From NCBI GenBank assembly GCA_964016885.1, contig OZ024741.1:192572001-192636000 (forward strand): a stretch of DNA of 64,000 nucleotides, given 5' to 3'. The position numbers and the translations under genes were made by a program. Below the pieces are notes generated by a model. That model was not told where the DNA came from, did no database searches, and worked only from the letters and a program-made list of their open reading frames with translations. This DNA comes from Eledone cirrhosa (Eukaryota). Shown here in pieces: positions 13,933 through 28,055 of this stretch (its first letter is position 1; each line of letters opens with the position of its first letter).

Positions 13933-14552
13933 TTACAACAATAATAATATTGGTTTCTAATTTGGGAACTTGGCTAACAAATTTGATGGCGTGGGGAAGT
14001 TGATTAAATCAATTCCTGAATTTGCCTGCTATTTAATTTAAAACAACCTCAGAGGATGTAAGGCAATGTTGGCGTCAGTGGGATTTGAACTCAGAACGTA
14101 AGTAACCGCTATCAAATGCCATCAAGCATTTCGTTCGATGTTCTAATGATTCTGCCGAACATAACCAACAACAATAGTAACTAGTACTACCGCAACAATA
14201 ACATTTATGTAGTAGTTTGCATGGATTGCAAATATCACGTTTTTACATTGATTTTGCCACATTAACATCATCATCATCATCATCATCAGCAAAACCACTA
14301 TCACCATCTTTGCCATCGTCACTACCATAACAACATTACCACCACCACCACCTCCACCACCACCATCATCACTGTCACCATCATCGTATATACACACCTT
14401 CACATTACTAAAGTTATTACTATCGTTGTTAACCTTGACCCAGCGATAGTTAATTGACGTATTTACGCATGCATACACATTTACACACATACATACGTTT
14501 ACAGGCGCAAGTACACAGAAATACACTTTCACATACATACGCATATACAAAT

Positions 14553-14554
<2 letters not shown>

Positions 14555-14639
<85 letters not shown>

Positions 14640-14747
14640 CAAACCACAGACAAACATATGTATGTATGTGTGTATATAAATATGTGTGTGTGTGTGTGTG
14701 TGTGTGTCTGTGTGTATATATCTATATATATATGTGTGTGTGTGTAT

Positions 14748-14786
<39 letters not shown>

Positions 14787-15030
14787 ACACACATATACAT
14801 GTATACATGTATACGCGTACATGTATACATGTACATCACACACATATATACATGTATACATATATGTGTGTGTGTGTGTCTGTATGTATATATCTATATA
14901 TATGTGTGTGTGTGTATGCACACACACACACACACACCACACACATATAGATGTATACATGTATACGCGTACATGTATACATGTACACCACACACACATA
15001 TATACACGTATACGCTCGACACACAGACAC
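14555..15030. repeat. (CA)n/(TG)n compound repeat with an internal ~165-bp duplication
   Basis: The block tatctatatatatgtgtgtgtgtgtatgcacac...gtatacgcgtacatgtatacatgtaca occurs twice. Confidence 0.8.
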
Positions 15031-15832
15031 AACAGAAAGCAAGAATCCTTTCATAGTAAAAGCAGAGTTGAGCTAAAGCCCGGGAAAACGAGAGAAAACA
15101 CGTGTTTTGTAAATACTAAGCTGTGGTTGGTAAATTCTCCAGCCCTGCCTTCTGACGTCATTATAGTCTGCAACAACATGTCAGTTTGTTGCAAGCTTGC
15201 TCCTGATGTGATCCAGTACACTGTTACCTCTTATCAACATTAGTATTACAATGAACGGCATTATTATTTTTAAAGTTATTGTATAGATAGCTTCACTCTA
15301 AAAAAACACTGCACTCTCTTTTGTTATTGCTGCTACCGTTGTTGTTGTTGTTATTGTTGTTGTTGTTGTTGTTGTTGTTGTTATTATTGTTGGGGCGGTG
15401 GTTTGTAGTAGCAGCCATTGTTTAAGTTATTGTTACTGTTGTCGTAGTTGCTGTATATATTGTTATTGTTTCTACTGTATTGCTGCTGTTGTTGTTGCTG
15501 TTGCTGTTGTTGTTGTAACTCTCGTTGTTAATTTCTACTGTTATTACCATTACTGTTGTTGATGGAGCCGATGATGTCGTCGTTGCCGTTGTTGCAGCTG
15601 TTGGTATTGTTGTTGCTTTTTCTGCAGCTGTATGTGTTTGTGTAGAGTCAGTGTTGTTGTAACTGCAGGTGTTATTGTTGTTGGAGATGATATTGTTATT
15701 GTTATTCTTAAAATTACTGTTCTTCTTGTAGCAGTATAATTTTTTAAGGTGAAACGCACTCGTCAGATCACCAGCCTCTTCTCGCAATAATTGCACCAGA
15801 CGAAATATGTGAAAGCTTTAACTAAAACAATA

Positions 15833-16395
15833 ATAATTGTTTCTACTTTAGGCACAAGGCCAGCAATTACACAGTTCATTACTGGTACTTTATTTTATCG
15901 ACCCCGTAAGGATGAAAGGCAAAGTCAACCTCGGCGGGATTTGAACTCAGATCGTAAAGGGACGTGACTATGTTGGAAAGCATGGCGTCCGACCCTCTAC
16001 CGATACTGCCAATCCACTGCCCTTTGAAAATTAAACAATAATAATAACTAAAACAATAATAATGATTTCCAATTTAGGCACAAGGCCAGCAATTTGTTGA
16101 GCAAAAAGTCAATTATATCGGTACTAGTACTTTATTTCAACTCCGGCATGATGAAAGGCAAAGTTGAGTTCTATGAAATTTGAACGCAGAAAATAGAGTG
16201 CCGGAACAAATAACTGTTTCTACTTTAGGCACAAGGCCAGCAATTGCCCAGTGCATTATTGGTACTTTATTTTATCGACCCCGTAAGGATGAAAGGCAAA
16301 GTCAACCTCGGCGGGATTTGAACTCAGATCGTAAAGGGACGTAACTATGCTGGAAAGCATGGTGTCTGACCCTCTACCGATACTGCCAATCCACA
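15833..16395 (-). mobile_element. Cluster of three family A SINEs (15833-16022, ~16062-16205 degenerate, 16212-16395)
   Basis: Repeated tgtttctactttaggcacaaggccagcaatt...gatttgaactcag. Confidence 0.85.
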
Positions 16396-17214
16396 ACAAA
16401 TAACGCAAAGCATTTAGTCCGATTCTATAACGATTTTGAGAATAAAATATATGGTCATAAAAATTGAGAACAAAAACGACGACGACAATGTCGACAACAA
16501 CAACAACGACGACAGCGTCGACAACAACGGCTACAACAACAACGAAGACGACAACAACAACAACAACAGCAGCAATAACAACAACAGCTACAACAACAAC
16601 AGTTGCAGTTTTTAGGAGGACTGCTGGGGATCTGTCGGGTGTTAGTAGCTAAATTAAAGCTCATTTCATCTATGGCATTACATCCTTTATGTCGATATAA
16701 TTAAATGTAGCCATTTCTCCGTATAAAGTTGGGATGTCAACAACTCATGTGGCTCTCTTATTTACACATGTCCCAACGGAGACGCGAACAAATTTTGTAT
16801 TGCTCATTCAGTATTTCATTTAAACAGGTTATGTAAGCATCCTCACATACACATGCAAGTATTTACATGCATATATTCAGATACATAGGTATTGTTAAAA
16901 GTCCTATCATAACACACACACATAAACACACAAACACAGACACACGCGCACGCGCGCACACACACGCACACACACATATATATATATGAAGGCGCATACG
17001 GTATTTTTATGTATAATAAACATATTAATCTCGCTAAGAATGTTTTAAGTTATGGTCATATCACAGCTATCTCGATAGTCGAGTGAGAATATAAAATTAA
17101 TACGTATATAATTATGTGTATACACATTTTGCAGATAAAATATCTGCTGGTGATTCTCATTTGCATATAGTGCGAGATTCACTGGTTAGGGTCAAACAGC
17201 AGTATCAGTAGAAT

Positions 17215-17305
17215 GAAGACATATTTCTGAAGACATATTTCTGAAGACATATATATGAAGACATATATGAAGACATATTTCTGAAACAGTAGACATATTT
17301 CTGAA
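17215..17305. repeat. 14-bp tandem repeat (gaagacatatttct), ~6 copies
   Basis: Directly visible. Confidence 0.85.
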
Positions 17306-18972
17306 TGCAGTACCACAATCTTTCAATGTTTATACATTATTAAATAGATTTGTCGTATTCCTCATTATACATTTGTAAAGGAACAGTTATGACTGAAGTA
17401 TCCTTGGTTAATTTTACTTGCCACCATACATATATAGTATTTTACGCACGGTGTTAACGTTTTGTTTTGCTAATAAAAGAAATATACATTTGTATAACTG
17501 CGTGTGCAATTTGCCCCAGTTATTTCTGTTGAATTGTTATTAATTTCTCATATTTTTGGTTCAACTGAAACTCATTTTAGGCTATTTCTATTGAATAAGT
17601 TTCTCTATTGGCGATTAATGATGAAATATTCACTCATTAAAGCATGGGAGATTTTAGTTCTGTTACTCTTAACATTTCGGGAGAAGGCCCCTGTTAACCA
17701 GATAATGTTATGACTAAGAGGGGTGAATGTGACCTCATTTTTATATCTGTTAATGTTTTGTGACTTATTATAGTAGTAGTTTGCAGTGAGGCAGCGTTGT
17801 AAAAAAATATTTGGTATACACTGACAGCATAGGGATTTTTCTACCGATGTTAGGGAACAACATTTTGAAAACTATGAGTAATTTTCAGAATTTTACGTTA
17901 ATGTAGTTAAAGCTTTCGTTGGGCTTGTAGGATTTGTGGTTAAGCTGAGAGTAACGTGTAGCTCATGACCGTACGATCGTGATACGAACACCCTAACTAC
18001 TAAGCCATGCGTCTTTATACCCCCCCCCCCCCTCCACACACACACACACACACCAATTTTTAAGGTTTTAGAATAGGAGTGACTGGGTTACTGAAACAGA
18101 TAGGAGGAAGTTTTTCGTACACGGGAAATCTTGTCAATGCTTGCAACAGAGTAAACTGTGCTAAAGGCAAACGGGGGCAAGATCGTGGTGTTAAACAGAG
18201 CGGTGAATTAGATATATCGTAATTTTCTAGCCATAAGATATTGTTTTATGCAGTGTGAAATTGAAGGCCATATTAAATAACTCAAATACTTAAATGCATT
18301 CCAAATGTCGTAAAAAGACAAGGATTAAAATTTCCGATCGTATCTCAAAGTGGTCTCTAATCGATGAAATAACTAGAATAGAACATATTTCTCAAATGTT
18401 CCTCACATTAAAATGATGTTCACACAATCTCTGGAATACTACTTTAAACAAATACTAGGCCTCACAATCTGTGATGAACTCCCGCCCTAGCAAACGCGTA
18501 TCTAACAATTTCAAAATCTGTATCTTGAAGACTAAAATGTTCTCTTTAAAGCCAAACGCTACTTCAAGCCTGAGCAGTCGTAGACCTTTTACAAAGTTCA
18601 ATCGACACCCACATAATATGAATGGTCACACCTATGAAATGAAGTACTCACACACAATACATACACACATACACACACCAACACACACACACACACACAC
18701 AAACAGACACGCGTTCACACACACACACACGCACACGCACACGCACACGCACACACACACGCACGCACGCACGCACGCACGCGCGCGCGCGCACACACAA
18801 ACACACAAACAAACAAACACACACAAAAGCATGAATTTAAAGTTTCATCTATAAATGGTTTCCAAAAGGTAAAATCTCTCAATAGGAGGAACTTCAACAC
18901 CAGAATAAAATATTCATGAAATTAATGTTTCTCTTAATCTGCGTGTTGTGACATTTTATTAATGTTTTAAGT

Positions 18973-19160
18973 GGGCGGTGGATTGGCAGTATCGGTAGAG
19001 AGTCGGACGCCATGCTTTCCAGCATAGTTACGTCCCTTTACGGTCTGAGTTCAAATCCCGCCGAGGTTAACTTTGCCTTTCATCCTTACGGGGTCGATAA
19101 AATAAAGTACCAGTAATACACTGGGTAATTGCTGGCCTTGTGCTTAAAGTAGAAACAATT
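18973..19160 (+). mobile_element. tRNA-derived SINE family A, sense orientation
   Basis: Pol III A-box-like tggcagtatcggtag and B-box gagttcaaatccc; body gcctttcatccttacggggtcgataaaataaagtacc; ends agtagaaacaatt. Confidence 0.85.
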
Positions 19161-19668
19161 AATGTTTTAAGGATAAAACAGGTAGGAACGTGGAAGTAGT
19201 GTGTGAAAGTTAGGAAAGAAAGTTAAGAAAATGGTGTTAGGAAGAGATTGATAGATTGGGGTTGGTAGGCGAGAGGTCCGGTTTATGGGAGTGGGGTTTA
19301 TGGGAGTGGGGGCCGAAGTGGAGGGTCAAAGTGTGTCATGGGTGTGGTTGTGTGTGTGCCGAATGGATGAAATTAGTAGGTGTGCATTATTGCACCAGTC
19401 TGTGTGTGTGTGAGTCTGTCTGTGTGAATACGTGGGTATCTCAGATTCTTATATTGTTGGTGTGTGCTCACCGATGTGTAAACGCGCGCGCGTGTTTTCA
19501 CATGTGTATCTGCGTGTGTTGGCGGCTTTGTATTATCTGTAGAGGGAGGATTTTGTGTGCACGTGTGTGTATACTTATGGATGGGTATGTATGTGTGTGT
19601 GTTGGAATACCCACGTGTTATCGAGTGTCTAGAGAAATGTTGTCACCACTCATATATATATAGAGAGA

Positions 19669-20610
19669 CGAGAGGTGACTAAACAGTTTTGAGCCTCACA
19701 CAGAAATAAATAGGTATGCAAATGAAATTTTATCTGTGAAATCTGGGGACATATTTTTACAGTACTAGCAAGTTTTCATTTCTTTTCGGAGATTCTTAAA
19801 TCTGATGTACTCAGGATTTTTATGAAAAAATGGAGGAAAACGCATATCGAGCAGTGATCAAGTGTCTACAGTTGAAAGGCATGACCACAGATGAGTTCCA
19901 TAATGGCATGCAAGAGCTATTAGGGGAAGATGTCCTGTCAGATGCTACGGTCAAAAGCTGGGTTAATGAATTCAAGCGTGGCAAGGAAGGTGTAAAAGTC
20001 GACCCGAGGTCTGGGAGATCATCAACAGTAACCACACCTTGTCCTTGGGATGGAGACGGAGGATCGATGGCTATCATCTCGTCAGGTTACAAACATGTTA
20101 GGCATCTCCCAGGAGTGAGCCAATAATTATGAACGCGCTTTGTTTGAGAAGGATGTTTGTATGCTGTGTTTCACGTCTTTTAAGTGAGAAACAAAAGCGC
20201 GCTCGTAGCACGATATCCTCCAAAAATGTGGAACTTTTTGAAGCTGATCCAGAAGATTTCCTAGCACAATTGGTAACCATGGGCTAGAATGAAAACGTCA
20301 CTACCAATCTGAAACAAAAGAGTAGTGTAAACAGTGGAAGCACCCATCTTCACCCATCCAAAAGAGGCCAAGGTCACATCATCAGCAAGAAAGGTCATGG
20401 TTACCATTTTCTGAGATGCACAAAGACTGTTGGTGGATTATCTCCAAAAGGGCCACACTATCACTGGACAGTACTATGCCAACCTGCATAAACGTCTGCG
20501 CGGGAACATCAAAAAAGGAGGGCAGGATTGTTGACGAAAGAAGTCTTGTTCCATCATGACAATGCTGCTGTCCACATCCCGGTGGTGGCAGTGGCACAAT
20601 TCGTTACTGT
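19669..20610 (+). mobile_element. Decayed mariner (Tc1/mariner) transposon
   Basis: TIR-like cgagaggtgactaaacagttttgagcc; HTH region YRAVIKCL...TVKSWVNEFKRG...DPRSGR; remnants of KVM..FWD, DYLQKGHTITGQYYA and FHHDNA, with stops and frameshifts. Confidence 0.85.
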
Positions 20611-20661
20611 ATATATAAATGATAATATATATATATGGTATTAGGATTGGTGCTCTCTCTA

Positions 20662-20775
<114 letters not shown>

Positions 20776-20870
20776 TTTTGAGTTTATGTTGGTTGTATAC
20801 CAACACCTCAGTATGCAGGCTGGAGCACTCGACGAAGTGCGCAGGTTGGTTTGGTTACTCCGGAGTAGTG

Positions 20871-21006
20871 TAAAATAAAGTTAAATAAAAAGTCAAATGA
20901 TTAAAATTTAGCTTCGTTTATTACTGCTATATATATTTCAGTGACAGCCGTCTTTGGCTGTGACCTCTTCAGGCAGTTTGAATTAGTATGACTTTTTATT
21001 TAACTT

Positions 21007-21013
<7 letters not shown>
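20871..21013 (-). mobile_element. 143-bp HHR-bearing element with 25-bp terminal inverted repeats
   Basis: taaaataaagttaaataaaaagtca (20871-20895) is inverted at 20989-21013; abuts (TA)n. Confidence 0.75.
20923..20977 (-). ncRNA. Minimal type-I hammerhead ribozyme
   Basis: Minus strand: actgc-CTGAAGA-ggtcacagcc aaagac ggctgtcact-GAAA-tatata-TA-gcagt. Confidence 0.82.
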
Positions 21014-21044
<31 letters not shown>

Positions 21045-21052
<8 letters not shown>

Positions 21053-21207
21053 CAAAATAACAGATTAAAGTTTAAGCAAAGAATCGGTGCTTTCACCCTT
21101 AACGGGATCTTCTGAAACTAAAAGACTTTTTTAGTTTCAGAAGATCCCGTTAAGGGTGAAAGCAGGGATTCTTTGCTTAAACTTTAATCTGTTATTTTAA
21201 TAAATAT
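21045..21207. mobile_element. ~160-bp near-perfect palindrome with an HHR-like motif on each strand (21133-21183 +, 21069-21119 -)
   Basis: agttt-CAGAAGA-tccc gttaa gggt-GAAA-gca gggattctt tgc-TT-aaact; the core has A at position 4. Confidence 0.65.
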
Positions 21208-21312
21208 TTGCTCTACGGTTCTTATATATATCTGATATATATTTATCCTTATCGAGCCCTCTTTGGATTTTAGTCTTCAAATTTATTATTATTACTATAT
21301 ATATATATATAA

Positions 21313-22296
21313 TCTCTATATATAAAACTGTGGTTGTCTGTCTGTCTATCGATTTTTGGCACACATCTCCTCTTAGAATCTCTGACGGAATTGCACCGAA
21401 ATTGCTATACTTGTACATTGAGCCCTAGCGAAGACATCGGAAAAAAATATTTCAAATTGACCCACCCTATGTGACGAAATCGAATATAATGTATCGATTT
21501 TTGAGCGTAAGTTATCAGTTATTTCCCTTTGTTCTGTTTACATTGAGCGTCTTACGTAAAAAATTACGCTGGCTTTCTCAGCGTTTAAAATGACATTAAC
21601 ACAATACACGAACAGTTGTCGAGCCAGCAAAATATTGACCTGCAAAATTCATCAGTTCGAACACTAAGCTTCCGTTTTGCTTCATTTCCATTTAAAAGCA
21701 TTTTAAAACAATATTTTTACTTGAAAACAAGTCTATTTAAAGACTACGTAAAACTAGCAAATATTTCGTCGTTAGGCGTGCAGACAGACAGTCGTGCAGA
21801 CAGACAGTCGTGCAGAGAGGTGATATACGCGTGCAGACAGACAGTCGCGCAGAGAGGTGATATAGGCGTGCAGACAGACAGTCGTGCAGAGAGGTGATAT
21901 AGGCGTGCAGACAGACAGTCGTGCAGAGAGGTGATATAGGCGTGCAGACAGACAGTCGTGCAGAGAGGTGATATAGGCGTGCAGACAGACATAACTGATA
22001 ATTTGGTTACGCTAATGTTTTTCTCTGCGTTGCAGTGTTTACATTTTCGATCTTTGTTAATAAATAACCAGTGCAGTTTCTATCCCCAGCATCCTCTTTT
22101 GTTATAACATTCGGGTTATCGTTATGTTTTCTTAACTTCATAAGGCATATTGTTGGTTGAGGGAATATTAATCAAAAACACCACATGCAAGTCTGCACAG
22201 TAGACACTACAGTTTTTAAGCCAAGAAAGAAACTTAACATTGTAACTTTAACACAGCTACTGAGCGACCCCGAGCAACGCCGGGCTTTACTGCTAG
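21313..22296 (+). mobile_element. Non-autonomous Helitron (~980 bp)
   Basis: 5' TC, 3' CTAG, subterminal hairpin cccgagcaacgccggg (22269-22284), inserted at A|T, internal ~37-bp tandem repeat; second copy at 42478-43397. Confidence 0.88.
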
Positions 22297-22573
22297 TTAT
22301 ATATATAATTATAATTATATATATATGAGGTCAACTTTGTCTTTCATCCTTTCGAGGTCAACAAAAAAGTACCAGCCAAATAATGGGGTAGATTCTTCCT
22401 CTATAACTCTTTCTCACTTCCTCGCCCTCTCTCACTTTTTATCATTCTCTGAAAGTAATCTGTTGTACTCAAACCTGGTGAAGGTTGGGCTCCGCCAGGC
22501 TTAATATGGCCAAGAAAAGCCGTATGCCACTACAGCTCCCCCACGACTCCCCCAGAAGTTGCAGGTGCATACC

Positions 22574-22604
<31 letters not shown>

Positions 22605-22646
22605 TGTATGTATGTATGTATGTATGTATGTATGTATGTATGTATG

Positions 22647-23255
22647 TCAGGTCACCAGTTGGTGCTACTGGTAACATGTATCCCAGTACAACCTGTCTCA
22701 TGGTCGGGTCGTTGGCGACTAAACTGGCAACGCCACCAAGGTTTCTTGGTGAGGAGGGTGACTTTGGACATCCTGCAGGACTGAAAACAAAACCTGTCAA
22801 AAGGGCAAAGGAGCTCTTAAGAGTCAATGGCCATCCAAAATCACCGGGAGAGATGACCCCTTAGCCTTTGTCAAGGCAGAATTCTAGGAGAAGGAAAACT
22901 CTGATATAACACCTGCAACCCTGATGGTATCCAATGATGTTGACTTGTTCTTCTGTTTGGTAAATATCATCTTGGTTAAGAGAGTGGGACTGGCTTTGTG
23001 CAGGGCCTTTGCTCGCTATAAAAGCTTCACGGCACAGGCATTGCTTTATATCTGGAGATCTCTCTGCACTTGTCGTCACATGGTACCATGGGCCCAGCAC
23101 TATGTGTCAATAATTGTCACAAGTGTAGTGTTTGTACCAGAGTTTTCAAGTCGCTGGCTGGACTAAAAAGTCACACTCGTTTAGCGCATCGGTAGGGGTT
23201 CTCCTACATGGATATAAAATAGTGGCCGTACCCGAAAACGAGTTGGCAGCCACCA
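22647..23255 (-). mobile_element. Subfamily X element, apparently complete (~610 bp)
   Basis: 5' part matches 12558-12968 and 3' part matches 11923-12120; (TATG)n on both sides. Confidence 0.78.
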
Positions 23256-23369
23256 TGTATGTATGTATGTATGTATGTATGTATGTATGTATGTATGTAT
23301 GTATGTATGAATGTATGTATGTATGTATGTGTATGTATGTATGTATGTATGTAAGTATGTATGTATGTG

Positions 23370-23525
23370 TGTTTCTACCTGTGACAGCAATTATCTCAGT
23401 GCATTACTGGTGCTTTATTTTGTCGACCCCGTAAGGATGAAAGGCAAAGTTAGCCTCAGCGGGATTTGAACTTAGACCGTACAGGAACATAACTATGCTG
23501 GAAAGCATGATGCCCGACCCCCTAC
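23370..23525 (-). mobile_element. tRNA-derived SINE family A
   Basis: Reverse copy, diverged. Confidence 0.75.
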
Positions 23526-23537
23526 ATCGAATAATAT

Positions 23538-25766
23538 TTAAAGGTTGTACACTTTTACACCTTTTTATTTATGATGATTTTCTGGATCTGGCTTATAGTA
23601 TATTGTCCTTTCTGTTCCCTTTACTGAATCCACATGAAACCACATGTCAGAACTAAATTAAATGAAAATAAGCATGCGGAATATGTTCTAAATACACAAT
23701 AATATTGAGGTTAAAGTGAGAAACAGTTTTTATGGATGAAATGTATAACTGGAAATGACTTTTGTCGATCTCTTGACTCATGTTGTGTATCATTAAGTTG
23801 TTCTTTGAAAAGAACTATCTCAAATATATATTTGCCCTTAGCCATCCAAGGACCAGGTGGTAAGCTCCTGGGACGGAAGAGAACTGGGACGATAGCCAAC
23901 TACCAAGATAAAGAAGGGAGAGCTTTATGAACTCGGCATAGTCTTTTCGGAGATGATCTCCAGAAGTCAGTAAATATTCAATTATCTCCCCACTCTTTCG
24001 CTTGTAAAAATCTTCCATGATTGTTTAATAATGAGACTTATCGATGGAGTCCCCACGTTCTTTCGAAGTTTGTGATCATTGTGATATAGGGACCAGATGA
24101 TGACAAAAAGATCTCGAAGACTTTCTTCAAAACCAGTTCAAGAATGTCATGGCGGCAAGCCATCCACAAGAGGGATTTTTCTCAGAGTAGCCTCAATGTG
24201 CATATTGGCTCCACGGTGATTACCGGTGTTACTGGCGGTGGTATCGAAGGACATACCAATTATTCTCAATGTTGAGTCATTGAATTTTCTTCAAAACAAC
24301 TTCAGCAATTTGTTGTCCGATTCCATCTCTTGCAATCAGAATACCTAAGAGCTCCTCTTTTCCTTTTCCTGAATTAAAACTGCAATCCGATCTTCCAATG
24401 TGCTGAATCGGGAAGCCGATGATAATAATTCTCCATCCCAGTGGAGGACTAGCCAGGATCTGTCTGCAGGTGGAAAAGCAGATAACTCGATTTTCTGAGC
24501 CATTTTCTCATAGTGACTCATTCTGGTCCGATAAGCAGTTGAGGGGAAGAAATCGAAAGTTCAGACACATCATGACCAAGACTCTTCACAATTGCGATGT
24601 AAGAAATACTTGCTTGTTGAACCGATAGTTTCTCCTCTTCCCACGTGTCATTAAGAATGGCGTTGAGAGTCGGCTTTCATCACGGTGATTTTCGGTGATT
24701 TTCATCATCATCGCCATCATTAATAGCTGAGCTGGATGACTAACTTTCAAGAGCTACTTTCTAGGACATCTTGACTTTTTCATCCTGCTTTCACTTTCTT
24801 ATTTTCATATCATGAATCTTCTTTTCCTTCTTCGGAATAGCTCACATGTTCTGTATCAACACCAGACATGAATGAAGACATCCGATGTCTCAAGGAAAGC
24901 TTTTTTTTCAGATGGGACATCCTCGAGATCACCTTTCCAAATCTCACGCTTTGCAATTCAGTCACCCATAATTTTTAAATGTTTAGTTATTGATACTCGT
25001 TATACAATTTTTTTTATTGAAGTGTGGATGTTTTTTTTTTTTTTTTTTTTTTTATTTGGTAGGAATATAGGCTTCCCCTCATACTTCCTGAATATTCTGG
25101 CTAGTGTTTTTTTATGGCAACTGAAATTATCTCCCTGAGTTTGACGTGATGGTAGAGAAAACACAAGAGGACTTGTTGTTTGGAGGGAAGTTAAGTCTGA
25201 GTTACCTCCTCCTCAGGTTTTTTCTCAAGCTGCCAAATGGCCTTTCTAGTTTTCATATTCGTTGTGAAAGATGAAAAAGCGAAATCAATCAATCAATTTT
25301 ATTTTAACAAGTCTTTGAGTTCTTACATTTCTGGAACCCATTCAGACTATGTAAAGCAAAAGAGAGGAAAATTAGTTCATAACTTTATAACAACGGATGG
25401 ATCTTGACGAAAACCAGCTTGTTTGCTACTCGCCAACAACACCAACACTGATCCAACAATGCAATAAACTTTATACTAGAATCTTATAGCTAACTTATCT
25501 TGTTGAATTATCAAAACAAATATCGAAAACTTCTTTGTACAAACAATGAAAACAAATCACCGATAGAAAATTATTTCTACATACTTAGTTTAAGTTTATG
25601 GTTCATTGCCTTTTCATTTAGGGTCCTATCAACAGTAGAAACGTCTCCTGCATGTACATAGACGAAAATTGACAGACAAAAGGAAACCTGGCTACAATCA
25701 ACAAGAGTAAATGTTTTTCATTTTTTGGCATATCATTCCAAAAGTACCAAATTGTGCAACCCTTAA
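23538..25766 (-). mobile_element. Decayed hAT-superfamily (hATm-like) DNA transposon
   Basis: Minus-strand remnants LHWDGELL, GMSFDTTASNTGNHRGA, LWMACRHDILELVL, RKDYAEFIKLSLLYLG and PGAYH..WMAK. Imperfect TIRs ttaaaggttgtacac / gtgcaacccttaa. Subgroup assigned from recalled motifs. Confidence 0.7.
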
Positions 25767-25889
25767 ATATATTTGTATTTCTCTGTACTTTCGACTGTTT
25801 AGCTTTTATGTAAAATGAATTCAGATCACAATTGACATGACGTGATTTCAACAAAACATATCCTTATAAATATGAAACACCTTACCCTA

Positions 25890-26001
<112 letters not shown>

Positions 26002-26010
26002 TAGGGTATG

Positions 26011-26075
<65 letters not shown>

Positions 26076-27097
26076 ATACACACACACGTATATATGATGG
26101 ATATTTGTATGTATGTATATATTTAAGTATGTTTGTACGTACGTATGTAAGTAAGCATGTTTGTATTTATGTATGCTTATATGTTTGTATGTAAGTACGC
26201 ATGTATATACGCATGTATGCATGTATATATATATGAATGTATACAAATAAGTGGATGCAGGCACGATTGAGTGTTTAAGAAGTTTGCTTCACAATCATAA
26301 GGCTCATAGTATCCTGAGTGAAATTTGGCAGGCGGGAACTGTGTAGAAGCCTATCAGATGGGTTGTATTTGAAATTGAAAGGGTCAGCCTTGCCACATAT
26401 CGCGTCACCCTGACTCAGCTTGAGAATAATATTACAATATACATGTCTGTGGCACACTGAACCACATACCTCGTTAATTCACGGGCTGGAGATTGAGTTG
26501 ATCGAACAACAGAATGTTCATTGATGTGTCTGACAGAGGCTCCATTATAGCAATATAGACTCAACAATCGTTTACCATATGGTTGAAAATAACAATTCAG
26601 CTAGCGCAACGTTTAAAGTGCAGAAATGGCATCAGTGTTTTTGTGTACGTGTGTATACGGGTGTATATGTGTATTTATGTAGTGTGCATTCGTGCATTTG
26701 TGTATATGTATGAACTTGTGTGGTGTGTTGATATATAAAGGTGCGTGAATTTGAAGACGTGTCTAAAATAATGTTTATATATGTGCGCCTTTAACATATA
26801 GTGTATGAACAACTTGTAATTATACTACTTGAAGAAGCTAATGCATTGATAAAAATTACAAGCAAGCACATAAAAGCGTGTGTGTACATACATACATAAA
26901 TACACACATACATACGTTCATACATACATACATTCATACCTCCGTACATGTATACACGCATACATACATACATACACACAAACATACATACAAACACAGA
27001 CATATATGCATTGGCATGCAGATGCAGCATCAGAAAAATCCAACATATGCTGACACTATTTACATCACACTGCCTAACACACACACGCACGCACGCG

Positions 27098-27210
<113 letters not shown>

Positions 27211-27289
27211 CCTGTTCCTGCTATATCAAGCGTTAACCTAATACATCCCTTCCATATACTGTACCGATTGTGTTGTTATTTCTGTTTAC

Positions 27290-27372
<83 letters not shown>

Positions 27373-27525
27373 CGAAGGAGTTGTGGTAAGGAACCAGATG
27401 GACCATAACGCACCAGAGTACTCAATACTTAGGGTAGTAGAGTGGGTAATAGGAAAAAGTATGACCCCGACGGCAGAGCTCAAGCCGTTTCGACGACTAT
27501 TTCTATATATATGCAAAGGGTATAG

Positions 27526-27812
27526 TGAAGGCGCATGGCTTTGTTGTTGGAGCATTGAGCTATCAATTGAGAGGTTGACTTCGATTCTTGGACAGAGTGA
27601 TGTGTTGTATCCTTAAGCAAGACACTTTATTTCATGTTGCTCCTGTTCACTCAGCTGTAGAAATGAGTTGCGACGTCACTGATGCAAAGCTGTGTCAGCC
27701 ATCCTTGGACAACATCGGTAGCGTGGGGAGGGATGACTGGGATGCATAGGCAACTGCTGGTCTTCCCAACAAACACACTTTGCCCAGGCTTGTGCCTCGA
27801 GGGAAACTTTCT
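27526..27812 (+). mobile_element. tRNA-derived SINE family B
   Basis: tgaaggcgcatggct head, ttcgatt B-box, CORE/V-like tgtatccttaagcaagacactttatttcatgttgctcc. Confidence 0.65.
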
Positions 27813-28055
27813 TTTAAAACTATGTATGTTTTTGAATTAAGTTGTTACAAAAAAGGTCTAGAGTTTCTTGCCAAAACACTTATCGAAGTTTGTTAACTTT
27901 GAAACGAAACTATTTTCCCTCAAAGTAGCATCATTAACATTCTCTGCTGTACAAGAATCATTCTCTGTGCATTGAGTTCTTTTAATCTAAATGAAGCTGA
28001 ACTCTCTCACTCTCTTTTTCTGCGTGCGCGTGAGTGTATATATATATATCATATT

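Noticed and set aside
16610-16836. AG...GTAAGC-bounded unique segment as a coding exon
   Set aside because: It has stops in all three plus frames.
18973-19070. tRNA gene
   Set aside because: It has A/B boxes but no cloverleaf; it is the head of a multi-copy SINE.
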